In this document: piece after piece, positions 1 through 8,042 of the stretch
Layout: every line of letters starts with the position of its first letter
How positions within the stretch are numbered: the first letter of the stretch is position 1
IMG/VR virus record: IMGVR_UViG_3300029775_000374
Coordinates: 1-28,860 of that record
Source: a virus
Lineage: Duplodnaviria > Caudoviricetes
Strand: one strand, 5' to 3'
DNA length: 28,860 nt
Program-made: the position numbers and the translations under genes
The notes under the pieces: model-generated
Database searches by the model: none
Seen by the model: only the letters and a program-made list of their open reading frames with translations
What the model was told of the DNA's origin: nothing

Positions 1-663
1 CTACGGTGTGTCTTTGGCGATGGCAAGGATCTGGTACTTGGCTACTTCACCCTCGCCGGGCATAGCTATTCCCAAGGTTACTATCACCTTATTCATATCC
101 AGTTCCAGATTATCAATGAAGAGATGGCTGTCGCACATATTGCTAATCTGAACAAAGGGCATCTCATCATACTCTTGATCCAGCTTGTGAATAATGAATT
201 TATCCTCTATGGTCCGGGCAGGTGACTGTTGAGTTATATCTCCTTGACCGCGGTACTCGTTCTGTATCTCGTGCTGCAGTTTAGATAGCTTGAAGGTGCT
301 GTTATCAAGGTGAATAGCTGAGATCGATTTTTTTGCAATCTTGGTTGCAGTTACGGCTCCATCCTCAATATGGTTTGAGTATATACAGCGATCTTGCAAG
401 CCTCTGGCATCGAGCTTACCGATGGTGCAGTACTTGCCGCTGAAGCTGCCATTGGTGTCGTTGCGGTTGTCCCAGATCTCGTAGAAGCCGCAGTCCTTCT
501 CATCTTCGATAAAGCACTCGTAATAGCCGGTATCACCAGTCTCGATGAGTGGGATTCCGGTCTGCCAATCTGCTCCAGGTCTAAGCAGACGGACATCCAC
601 TCCTGATTCGGGTTTTCGCTCTCCATTGTCTACTGTGTAGTAGCTGATTCCGTATTTGAACAT
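1..663 (-). CDS. putative tail-tip/fibre-associated protein
   Basis: 220-aa ORF with AGGAG RBS, downstream of the tail genes; short repeats (DGAVTATKIAKKSISAIHL) typical of phage fibre stalks. Confidence 0.55.
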   Translation of the reverse strand: MFKYGISYYTVDNGERKPESGVDVRLLRPGADWQTGIPLIETGDTGYYECFIEDEKDCGFYEIWDNRNDTNGSFSGKYCTIGKLDARGLQDRCIYSNHIEDGAVTATKIAKKSISAIHLDNSTFKLSKLQHEIQNEYRGQGDITQQSPARTIEDKFIIHKLDQEYDEMPFVQISNMCDSHLFIDNLELDMNKVIVTLGIAMPGEGEVAKYQILAIAKDTP

Positions 664-691
664 CTATGCTCCTATTGGTGTTGTTGGTGGT

Positions 692-1153
692 TTAGGTCTG
701 CTGGCTGCCACTGACCATCTCGTCATCGTCCTGGACTATGATGATGCTGAAGTCCACATAGCCGGGTGAACCGATGTATCTCGATTCCAGGCTGAACTTG
801 ATCTTTTCTGGATACTCATGCAGATCATCAGGACACTTGGGAAGCTGGCTGATTGTCACGGGGAACTGACTTTTGAGACTGCCATGGGCAGTGAACTCAA
901 TATAGAATCTCCCTGTATTAGTTAGAAAACTCAAGAGCTCGTAATACTCATGCGGATATAAGCTTACCTGCAGATCAAAGCCATCCTCTCTGTATTCATC
1001 TCGGCGGTGGACAATGCTGGGATTAAATGCATTCTTCTTCTCAATACGATACTTGGTGCGGGGTATGTATTCCACTTCGCCAGTCGGCCAGTTACGGATA
1101 AACACCCCCTCGGAGCTCCATCTGATGAGTCTGAAGCCTATTATAGCAGCCAT
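692..1153 (-). CDS. putative minor tail protein (distal-tail-like)
   Basis: 153-aa beta-rich ORF overlapping the upstream tail gene; called from size and position. Confidence 0.45.
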   Translation of the reverse strand: MAAIIGFRLIRWSSEGVFIRNWPTGEVEYIPRTKYRIEKKNAFNPSIVHRRDEYREDGFDLQVSLYPHEYYELLSFLTNTGRFYIEFTAHGSLKSQFPVTISQLPKCPDDLHEYPEKIKFSLESRYIGSPGYVDFSIIIVQDDDEMVSGSQQT

Positions 1154-2625
1154 GCTTTCACCTTGTACTCGTCTTGGATATAGTCCTCCTCAATCCCGGT
1201 AATCGCATAGACCTTGTCCCGGATGCGTATCTTGCTGAATAGATTGAGCTCATATTTTGAAATCTGATCAACACTCGCCTCAAGACACCATTTACCACCA
1301 TAGAAGTCTAAGAGATAGTTCTTGATAATGCCTTGTAAATGTGTGCTGTCTCCTGCCAATACATCGATGGTCGTGGTGTCAGGCTGCTCTTGATTGCCTC
1401 GCTTGACTATGAATGATACCACATCATTATCTTCAATATCTATTACCGGGGTAGAGAAGGCATCTTTGTTCTTGAGCACAATGCGGCCTTGGGTATCAGT
1501 AAAGATGGTCGCATTATACAGCATCAACATGGCTTGCAGTACCTTCAGATTGTCGGTCTGTTCGTCGCTGTAATTCTCATATGCCTTACCCGGCTGAAGT
1601 CGCTCCGGAAAAACATTCCCGTGACAATTTGCCTCTACCCAGTAGCCGGAGTAGTGACTGCGCCCATAACTCAAACCTCCAATCGCACCGGCACTGATCA
1701 GATTAAATAAACTATCCTGTGATATGCCGTTATCAGTAAAGAAAGACATCAACTCATTGTAAGCATTATCAATAGAAGAAAGGTCATCCACCCACCCGGT
1801 CTTATCTTCATATTCTTCGATCACCGGACAAATGCCATTAAAGAAACGGTATATCCTGCCCCTGAATCTACCCTGATATTTGGTAGTGGCAGGATCAGGA
1901 TAAGCAGCTGTTATCACCTTCTTGTGAGCAAAGACGAAGCTCGCCCGATTTGCTATACTGCTAAAGATGTATCCAGAGATCGGAGATGGCCAGCTTGTAG
2001 CATGATTACCGTATTCCCAGCCACCGGGAGGCTCAGGATATTTGTTCATGTCGTCATAGTCTATGTGAGCCAATGTCAGCATAGACCCGGTAGGAATATT
2101 CAACACCGGCTGCACAAACTGATTTGAGTAGGGAATGCTGATAGCTATAGTCTGCTCAATGTCCTGCAGGAAGTACCCGAGTATCCAGATCGGCAGATAA
2201 CCTGCTGTAAGCCCATAGTAGTGCGTAAGATCAGAGAATACTGATAGCAGCTTTATCTTATCATAGCAGGTGAACTTGAGAATGCCCGTACTGATATCAA
2301 AGGACAACCGGGAAGTATCGATGATGCCCGTAAAGAACAGAACTGTATCCCGATATACCTTAACCTCGAAGTGCGAGATGTAACGCTCATGCTCATTGTT
2401 ACCACTCAGGATATTATCCTCTATCCAGGTATCGGGGAAACACTCAAACACCAGCCGCTTAGGCTCTCTGCTGTAGTTGGATACAGACTGCAGCTTATCA
2501 GCAGAGACACTCAGGCTGATGATGACCCGATCACTGGCAGTATCTTCCAGACTGTGCTTCACTTGGTTATAGTCGGCAGCATCGGTCTTGCCCTGCACGA
2601 AATCGATTTTAAAGAGATTAGACAT
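1141..2625 (-). CDS. putative tail-tip/hub protein
   Basis: 494-aa ORF directly after the tape measure; 'VKVYRDTVLFFTGIID' and 'IFTDTQGRIVLK' segments resemble tail hub proteins. Confidence 0.6.
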   Translation of the reverse strand: MSNLFKIDFVQGKTDAADYNQVKHSLEDTASDRVIISLSVSADKLQSVSNYSREPKRLVFECFPDTWIEDNILSGNNEHERYISHFEVKVYRDTVLFFTGIIDTSRLSFDISTGILKFTCYDKIKLLSVFSDLTHYYGLTAGYLPIWILGYFLQDIEQTIAISIPYSNQFVQPVLNIPTGSMLTLAHIDYDDMNKYPEPPGGWEYGNHATSWPSPISGYIFSSIANRASFVFAHKKVITAAYPDPATTKYQGRFRGRIYRFFNGICPVIEEYEDKTGWVDDLSSIDNAYNELMSFFTDNGISQDSLFNLISAGAIGGLSYGRSHYSGYWVEANCHGNVFPERLQPGKAYENYSDEQTDNLKVLQAMLMLYNATIFTDTQGRIVLKNKDAFSTPVIDIEDNDVVSFIVKRGNQEQPDTTTIDVLAGDSTHLQGIIKNYLLDFYGGKWCLEASVDQISKYELNLFSKIRIRDKVYAITGIEEDYIQDEYKVKAWLL

Positions 2626-2632
2626 AGCTCAC

Positions 2633-5494
2633 CTAAACCTCGCTCCTGATCATCTTGCCTGTATCGGCGATCTCGGAGACCTTGACCGGGTCACTTGAAA
2701 GCGGATCAACATGGATGTCTATCACAGACTTTGAATCCATAACCGTCTGCTTGAGTGAAACGATCTCATCCCGCATTGAAGCCATGATCTCCAACAGCGT
2801 ATTCATAGTGCCCCCTGATGAGATTGAGCCACCAGCGGCATAATATGAGCCGATGGATTGAGGAATGGGCACTGATGGAATAGGAAGCCCGGCAAAGGCA
2901 AGCTTCACTTTCTCGATGGGAGCGAAGTTGAGAAAGTCAAAGAGGTTCCTGCCCAAGGCTCTTACTCGGTCTTTAGCAGTGATATACTCGTCACCTTCGG
3001 CTTCAATCAGGATGCCACCTTCATTATGCGACTTGCCCACTAATAGTCCACCAGTCTCTGCCTTGGGCGGCTCTGTTGCTTGGATAGCAGCTACATTGGC
3101 AAGCCCGGCTCCGATGGCTGCTGCAGCTGCGGTGATAGCCAGTCCGGGGCCCACAACCGGAATACCCGCCATAGCCTTATAGGCTGCGGTAGCAGAAGCA
3201 TAAGTGTCGATCATCGCCTGTCCGATTGCCAGTGTCTTCCACATAGCAAAGCCCTTCTTGCCGAAGATCTCACTGGTCTTGGCAAGGTCTCGCATGATCT
3301 GCTGGGCTCCCTGCAGGTTGCGCATCTCATACTGGTTTCTTATTTGAGCTTTGGCTTGCTCGGACTGGGCTGTGATCTGCTCTTCGGTAAGCCCGGCTTC
3401 AAGCAGCTTCTCTCTGCGCCTGGCATAGTATTCATCAATGGCTCTGAGTTGAGCTTCCCAGGTCTGTCCGGATAACTCAAGACTTCTCTGCTCGAAGTTG
3501 AAGCGCATATCGCTCAGTTCCTGCTGCTGTCTGCGCTCCTCTTCCAGAACCTTGCGTCTCTCCTCGGTTTCTGCTTCGATCTGCCTGGTTCTGGCTTCAG
3601 CAGCTTCCGTTTCCACTCTCACCGATTCATTAGCATAGTGATCTCGGATTGACTGTAGTAGCTCTTCCGAGGCACCAAGAGCAGTCGCTTTGGCAAGCTC
3701 CCCATCCCGCTGGATTTCGAGTTCCTTCTGCTTTCTAAGCACTGCATCGTCTATTGCCAGGACATCATAGTTCTGCTGTAACTGCCGCAACTGTTCCAAG
3801 CGTCTCTCTTCCTCGCTGCGTCTGGCATCGGATTGGGATGTGTTAGACGAACCGGAGCTGTCTCCACCACCTAAGCTCATGTCTGGGAGTTCCATCAGAG
3901 CTTGGCGATAAGCGGCTGCGAAGTCATTGAGATCACCCTTGGCTTGGTTAAGATTGTCTCTTACTTGGGTGATCTGCTCATTGAGGATACCTTCCGGACT
4001 CACCTTCCAGTAGTCACCGGGGCCACCTTGCAGCATCTCTCTATCCTGAATGAATTGGGACTGGTTCTCTCTGGCTGTCTTCATCAGGTCGTTGTACTGC
4101 ACTTGCAGCTCTGCCACTTGTCTGAGTTGAGCCTGATAGCGCTCTCCATAGACTTCCGCTATCTGCTTCTGGATCAATGCTTCGGAAGCACTACGCAAAG
4201 CTGATGCCAGATCATTGTAAGAGGCGGTTGCAAGGTCGATGTTACCGATGTACTCACCATACTGCTCGTTCATAGTCCGGATGATGTTCTTCATCTCGGT
4301 CTTGTCGGATGTAGCAAGGTTCGTGGCAGATCTCAGCTCCAGCAGTCTGGTGGCAAGGAAGTTGAATCTCTCCGCTTCTATTGAGACTTGGCGATTGCAT
4401 TCTTTGATCTCGTCTGTCATTGACTTCTGTGACTCGACCATGACATCGGTCTTGATTGAAGCTGCTGCCAGACCCAGTCCCAAGGCAGACAAGGCACCTA
4501 CTGCTAAACCGATGATCCCTGCTACCGGGTTCATGGCTATCTGAAGGGCATGATAAGCTGCCGTCAGAGCGGTGACCGCAGTGGTAACCGTTCCGATGAT
4601 GGGGATGGCGATCACGATACCGGCTACAAAGCCCTTCATCACCGGAGATAGGCTGTTATAGGCATCCATGAGCAGTTTCAAACCCTTGAGTAGGGGATTG
4701 ATCAGAGTGGTCAGCATATCGCCCACTGTCTCCTGGATGTCTCCCCAGGCATTGGCATTCTGAAGTCTCAGATCAGCCAGAGCAGTGGCAGTTCCTCCAT
4801 AGTCCTCGCCAAGCTTCTCAACCAGATAAGATACCCCTTCTGTCTTCAAGCGAGTATCATCAAGCTCGATGCCATATCTGCCCAGCATCTCAGTATGTCC
4901 ATTCAGAGCCCGACCCATGAGATCAAAGGCAGACTCCACGCTCATCCCGGTAGCTTTATTGGCTTCTGTGAAGTCAAGCAGTACCGGCACCAGTTGTTGA
5001 ATCTCATCCTTGTTGAGTTTGAAGGTCTGAGACAGCTTTGCCATCAGAGACAGCATCTTGTCATCTTCAAAGTTGGTGACCTGTTGCATCGATGAAGCGA
5101 AGTTACCCATCTCACCAGCAGCTTCGCCGAAGGCAACTGAAGCCAGAGTCATGGCCTGTCTCTGACCCAGCGAGGCATCGAGCAGATCGTTCATAGATCT
5201 GACCAGGCCGCCTACCACCTGCAAGACTCCATCGACTGCGATCTTCACATCGCGGATAGTAGCCAAAGCCTGATCAGCGCTTACCTTCATTTCCTTGGGC
5301 GCTTCCACTTCCTTCTGCACTTCGTCCAGGTCGTGCATCACCGCCCGGAGCTTGCCGTTGGCATCGGTGGTGAAAGTGTAATAGCTACCCTTCTCGCCCT
5401 TTGCTTTTAGCTCGTCCAGGCTCTCTTCCACACGCTGAAGCTTGCCGTGGGTGCTATCGGTATCCACCACCAGCTTGAAGACTATCTCACGCAT
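2633..5494 (-). CDS. tail tape measure protein
   Basis: ~953-aa Ala/Leu-rich helical protein with hydrophobic stretches and coiled coils; start reassigned to ATG 5494 (purine-rich RBS, TGATG overlap with the frameshifted chaperone stop). Confidence 0.92.
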   Translation of the reverse strand: MREIVFKLVVDTDSTHGKLQRVEESLDELKAKGEKGSYYTFTTDANGKLRAVMHDLDEVQKEVEAPKEMKVSADQALATIRDVKIAVDGVLQVVGGLVRSMNDLLDASLGQRQAMTLASVAFGEAAGEMGNFASSMQQVTNFEDDKMLSLMAKLSQTFKLNKDEIQQLVPVLLDFTEANKATGMSVESAFDLMGRALNGHTEMLGRYGIELDDTRLKTEGVSYLVEKLGEDYGGTATALADLRLQNANAWGDIQETVGDMLTTLINPLLKGLKLLMDAYNSLSPVMKGFVAGIVIAIPIIGTVTTAVTALTAAYHALQIAMNPVAGIIGLAVGALSALGLGLAAASIKTDVMVESQKSMTDEIKECNRQVSIEAERFNFLATRLLELRSATNLATSDKTEMKNIIRTMNEQYGEYIGNIDLATASYNDLASALRSASEALIQKQIAEVYGERYQAQLRQVAELQVQYNDLMKTARENQSQFIQDREMLQGGPGDYWKVSPEGILNEQITQVRDNLNQAKGDLNDFAAAYRQALMELPDMSLGGGDSSGSSNTSQSDARRSEEERRLEQLRQLQQNYDVLAIDDAVLRKQKELEIQRDGELAKATALGASEELLQSIRDHYANESVRVETEAAEARTRQIEAETEERRKVLEEERRQQQELSDMRFNFEQRSLELSGQTWEAQLRAIDEYYARRREKLLEAGLTEEQITAQSEQAKAQIRNQYEMRNLQGAQQIMRDLAKTSEIFGKKGFAMWKTLAIGQAMIDTYASATAAYKAMAGIPVVGPGLAITAAAAAIGAGLANVAAIQATEPPKAETGGLLVGKSHNEGGILIEAEGDEYITAKDRVRALGRNLFDFLNFAPIEKVKLAFAGLPIPSVPIPQSIGSYYAAGGSISSGGTMNTLLEIMASMRDEIVSLKQTVMDSKSVIDIHVDPLSSDPVKVSEIADTGKMIRSEV

Positions 5495-5945
5495 CAGTTT
5501 CCCCTTTCCTGGCCATGAATGCACATGCGTTCATAGAGCTCAGGCAAGCTCAAAGTGTCAAAATCCAGAGCGGTATAACCCAGGCCGCGCATACTTACCT
5601 CAAAGCGGGTGAGCCCGTCGTCCCGCTCTTTGCGGGAGGCTTTAACCCGATACTTTCGAGCCAACGCGCGAATCTCGGCTTGCTGGCTCTGATATACGCG
5701 AAAAAAGAGGCTAAAATCTCCAATGCCTCAATCGCGTCCATGGTGTCGGGATTTTGGCCGCTCAAGATGCGGATGATGTCCTTCTCTACTTCGGAGTTAA
5801 TCAGCAAATCCATCAAATCGGCCTCCGTGATCACCCCGCCTTTGCCGTTCAAAATGTCACCCAGCTTGGTGCGAACCTCGCCATTGTTGATTGTGAGCGC
5901 CATTATCTGCCGCAATTGGCCATAGCTCAGCTTGATCTCAGCCAT
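5494..5945 (-). CDS. tail assembly chaperone, -1 frameshift product (gpGT-like, ~150 aa)
   Basis: -1 frame from the heptamer at 5700-5706 is open to TGA 5496-5494, ending ...RFEVSMRGLGYTALDFDTLSLPELYERMCIHGQERGN. Confidence 0.72.
5595..5945 (-). CDS. tail assembly chaperone (gpG-like)
   Basis: 116-aa ORF between tail-tube genes and tape measure, containing in-frame slippery heptamer T TTT TTC. Confidence 0.75.
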   Translation of the reverse strand: MAEIKLSYGQLRQIMALTINNGEVRTKLGDILNGKGGVITEADLMDLLINSEVEKDIIRILSGQNPDTMDAIEALEILASFFAYIRASKPRFARWLESIGLKPPAKSGTTGSPALR

Positions 5946-6091
5946 TATTCACCACCTTCTTCCCACGGCGGCGTCTCACCCTTCGTAGGATCATAAGCCT
6001 CCACCACGATAGGACATATGCCATTCAGAAAGCGGTAAACCTTGCCTCTAAACCTGCCCTTCAGCGTCCGAATACTCGTGTTGATTTTCAT
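5945..6091 (-). CDS. small 48-aa protein sharing a motif with the tail-tip protein (not in ORF track)
   Basis: MKINTSIRTLKGRFRGKVYRFLNGICPIVVEAYDPTKGETPPWEEGGE; GGAGG RBS; TAATG overlap with next gene; exactly fills the intergenic gap. Confidence 0.8.
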   Translation of the reverse strand: MKINTSIRTLKGRFRGKVYRFLNGICPIVVEAYDPTKGETPPWEEGGE

Positions 6092-6094
6092 TAT

Positions 6095-6691
6095 CTATTC
6101 CTCCACTGCCCATGATATGGCAGTAAATGGCATTATCTTGTCTGTTGTAGTGCCGGAGATCGTAGTAGTTATCACGACAGTCCACAGCCCATCCGCTTCA
6201 GCGCTCCAGTCAACTACCCAGCGCATGCCGTTCAGTAGCAAACAGCGATAACCCGGATCAACATCGATGTCCGCCGCCTCCTTAACTACATCCGTAACCA
6301 GTATGCAAACATCATTGCATTGGAACAATTCCGATTCCAGGTACCCCAGGAGTTTATCAGATATCCCAACAATGTTTAGCTCAATATCGCTGCTCCGATT
6401 TCCCTGGATCTGATAGTTGCGAGTCTTTAACTTACTGATCTTGCTGTCGACCTTCCCAGGTTTCTCAGCCAGCTCACCCAATAAATCCATCTTGCCTAGA
6501 ATATTTATCACATCCTGATTGGTTATATCCGCAGTGTCTTGAATCAACGTGCGCGCATCATTACCAAACCCAAAATATACATGATCCCCCGGCATCACAT
6601 GCTCCAGCAGGTCAAAAGTCAAGTCTTCATCTTCCATCTCAACAGGTGGCAGCCCCTCATCAAATAGTGGTGATTCTTCCAGGTTAGCCAT
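6095..6691 (-). CDS. putative tail tube protein, paralogue 2
   Basis: 198 aa; shares LGELAEKPGKxDSKISKLKxRNYQI and NGMRWxVDWSAEADGLxTVVI with 6748-7278; AAGGAG RBS. Confidence 0.6.
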   Translation of the reverse strand: MANLEESPLFDEGLPPVEMEDEDLTFDLLEHVMPGDHVYFGFGNDARTLIQDTADITNQDVINILGKMDLLGELAEKPGKVDSKISKLKTRNYQIQGNRSSDIELNIVGISDKLLGYLESELFQCNDVCILVTDVVKEAADIDVDPGYRCLLLNGMRWVVDWSAEADGLWTVVITTTISGTTTDKIMPFTAISWAVEE

Positions 6692-6709
6692 TCTCTTCTC
6701 CTTTATTAT

Positions 6710-6733
6710 GGCCGTCCCAGTTAAGGGACGGCC
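6710..6733. terminator. 9-bp GC-rich hairpin between the tail-tube paralogues
   Basis: GGCCGTCCC-agttaa-GGGACGGCC; T-rich run follows on the plus strand only. Confidence 0.55.
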
Positions 6734-6747
6734 TTAGTTTATCTGGC

Positions 6748-7278
6748 TTATGCCAGGCCCTTGCCCACAAACAGCTTGTTTGCAGTGTTTCCAGAATATT
6801 CACTTGAGATCACGACAGTGTACAGTCCATCAGCTTCAGCGCTCCAGTCAACTGTCCAGCGCATGCCGTTGAAGATGGTATATCTGTCCTGTTCCCGGTT
6901 GGTCAGCAGGATTGTCGTCACCACCCCGCTAAAAGCAGAGCTTTCCAGATAATCCTTCTGTTTCATGCTCAGGCCGTTCAGGGTCAGCTCCACCGTGCTG
7001 GTGCGCTTGCCCGGAATCTGATAGTTGCGGCTCTTCAGCTTGCTGATCTTGCTGTCGGCTTTGCCCGGCTTCTCAGCCAGTTCGCCCAGCGGCTTCAGGA
7101 AGGTGCTGATCTCGGTAGCCATCGATGTCTTCGTGGCATACTTCGTGCCCACTTCGGCGGCGGTGTATTCACCCAAACCAAAGTAAACGTTATCAGCCAC
7201 CAGCACATCCACCAGCGCATTAAACAGCAGGTCGGTAGGCAAGGTGCCAGAAGGGAATGTCGGTGCTGTCAGTGCCAT
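6748..7278 (-). CDS. putative major tail tube protein, paralogue 1
   Basis: 176-aa Ser/Thr-rich beta protein upstream of chaperone and tape measure. Confidence 0.65.
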   Translation of the reverse strand: MALTAPTFPSGTLPTDLLFNALVDVLVADNVYFGLGEYTAAEVGTKYATKTSMATEISTFLKPLGELAEKPGKADSKISKLKSRNYQIPGKRTSTVELTLNGLSMKQKDYLESSAFSGVVTTILLTNREQDRYTIFNGMRWTVDWSAEADGLYTVVISSEYSGNTANKLFVGKGLA

Positions 7279-7631
7279 CAGAATACCACCTTTACCAGCT
7301 TCACCGCCGCTGGCACCAGCGTCTTTCTATTTTTCCACACAAATTCCACGGCTCCGCCAATCCCGCCAAAGACCTTCCCGATCAGTGTTTTTCGCTTGTT
7401 AGGAAGCGAGGAATTGATTTTACTAACGGCCAGATCCTTCTTGGCCGCATCATCCAGATGCCTGGTATCCGGGCCATTGGCGATGTCCTGGACGATGTCC
7501 AGGATTTGGTTAAGCGCCACTATGATTGCCGCGCGGTTGGCAGTTTTCTTCCAGATCATGGCGATCACCCAGGCGATCACGAGCGACAAAACGGTTACAA
7601 CGAGTTCCTGATTATTGAATATAACGTCCAT
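7278..7631 (-). CDS. putative holin-like membrane protein
   Basis: 117 aa, single N-terminal TM helix (LVVTVLSLVIAWVIAMIW) followed by KK and amphipathic helices. Confidence 0.5.
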   Translation of the reverse strand: MDVIFNNQELVVTVLSLVIAWVIAMIWKKTANRAAIIVALNQILDIVQDIANGPDTRHLDDAAKKDLAVSKINSSLPNKRKTLIGKVFGGIGGAVEFVWKNRKTLVPAAVKLVKVVF

Positions 7632-7639
7632 TCTTCACC

Positions 7640-8032
7640 TCACATTCGCTTATAAATCAGGTTTAGGTGTGTAGATACCGCAGAGCTCGCGCGCTTAACC
7701 CATATCTCTGTTTTCCGGACGGTGGGTAGCGCAAACGGCACTCCGGCACTTATCAACGCGTAGGGTTTATTTGTAGAAGCGTAATACAGGCTATCAGGCG
7801 AGATGGCGATAGCTCCGCTGTCGGCAATAGCCCACACCTCTACGCACCTATCCGGCAAGGTAATTTTGTGCCACAGCGTGTCTGCTGCCGGAGAATATCG
7901 CTGGGCACTCCAATCGCGGAAGAATTGCATTTCCTTCTTCCTGGAATCCACGGGCAAGGTCTGCGCGCTCAGGCTCACCACCAGAATGGCGGTGAGCAGC
8001 AGGCACAGGATAATGAATCTCAGATTTCTCAT
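7640..8032 (-). CDS. hypothetical protein with signal peptide
   Basis: AAGGAGG RBS before ATG 8032; MRNLRFIILCLLLTAILVVSLSA|Q reads as a Sec signal peptide; mature part is beta-rich. Confidence 0.7.
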   Translation of the reverse strand: MRNLRFIILCLLLTAILVVSLSAQTLPVDSRKKEMQFFRDWSAQRYSPAADTLWHKITLPDRCVEVWAIADSGAIAISPDSLYYASTNKPYALISAGVPFALPTVRKTEIWVKRASSAVSTHLNLIYKRM

Positions 8033-8042
8033 GTATGCCTCC

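Noticed and set aside
6170-6880. DNA similarity between tube paralogues as a second TR/VR pair
   Set aside because: Differences are not adenine-specific and both copies lie within full-length genes; ordinary paralogy
1-7278. Second VR target in the tail genes
   Set aside because: No TR-like sequence seen by eye in any other gene of the window; targets outside the window cannot be excluded
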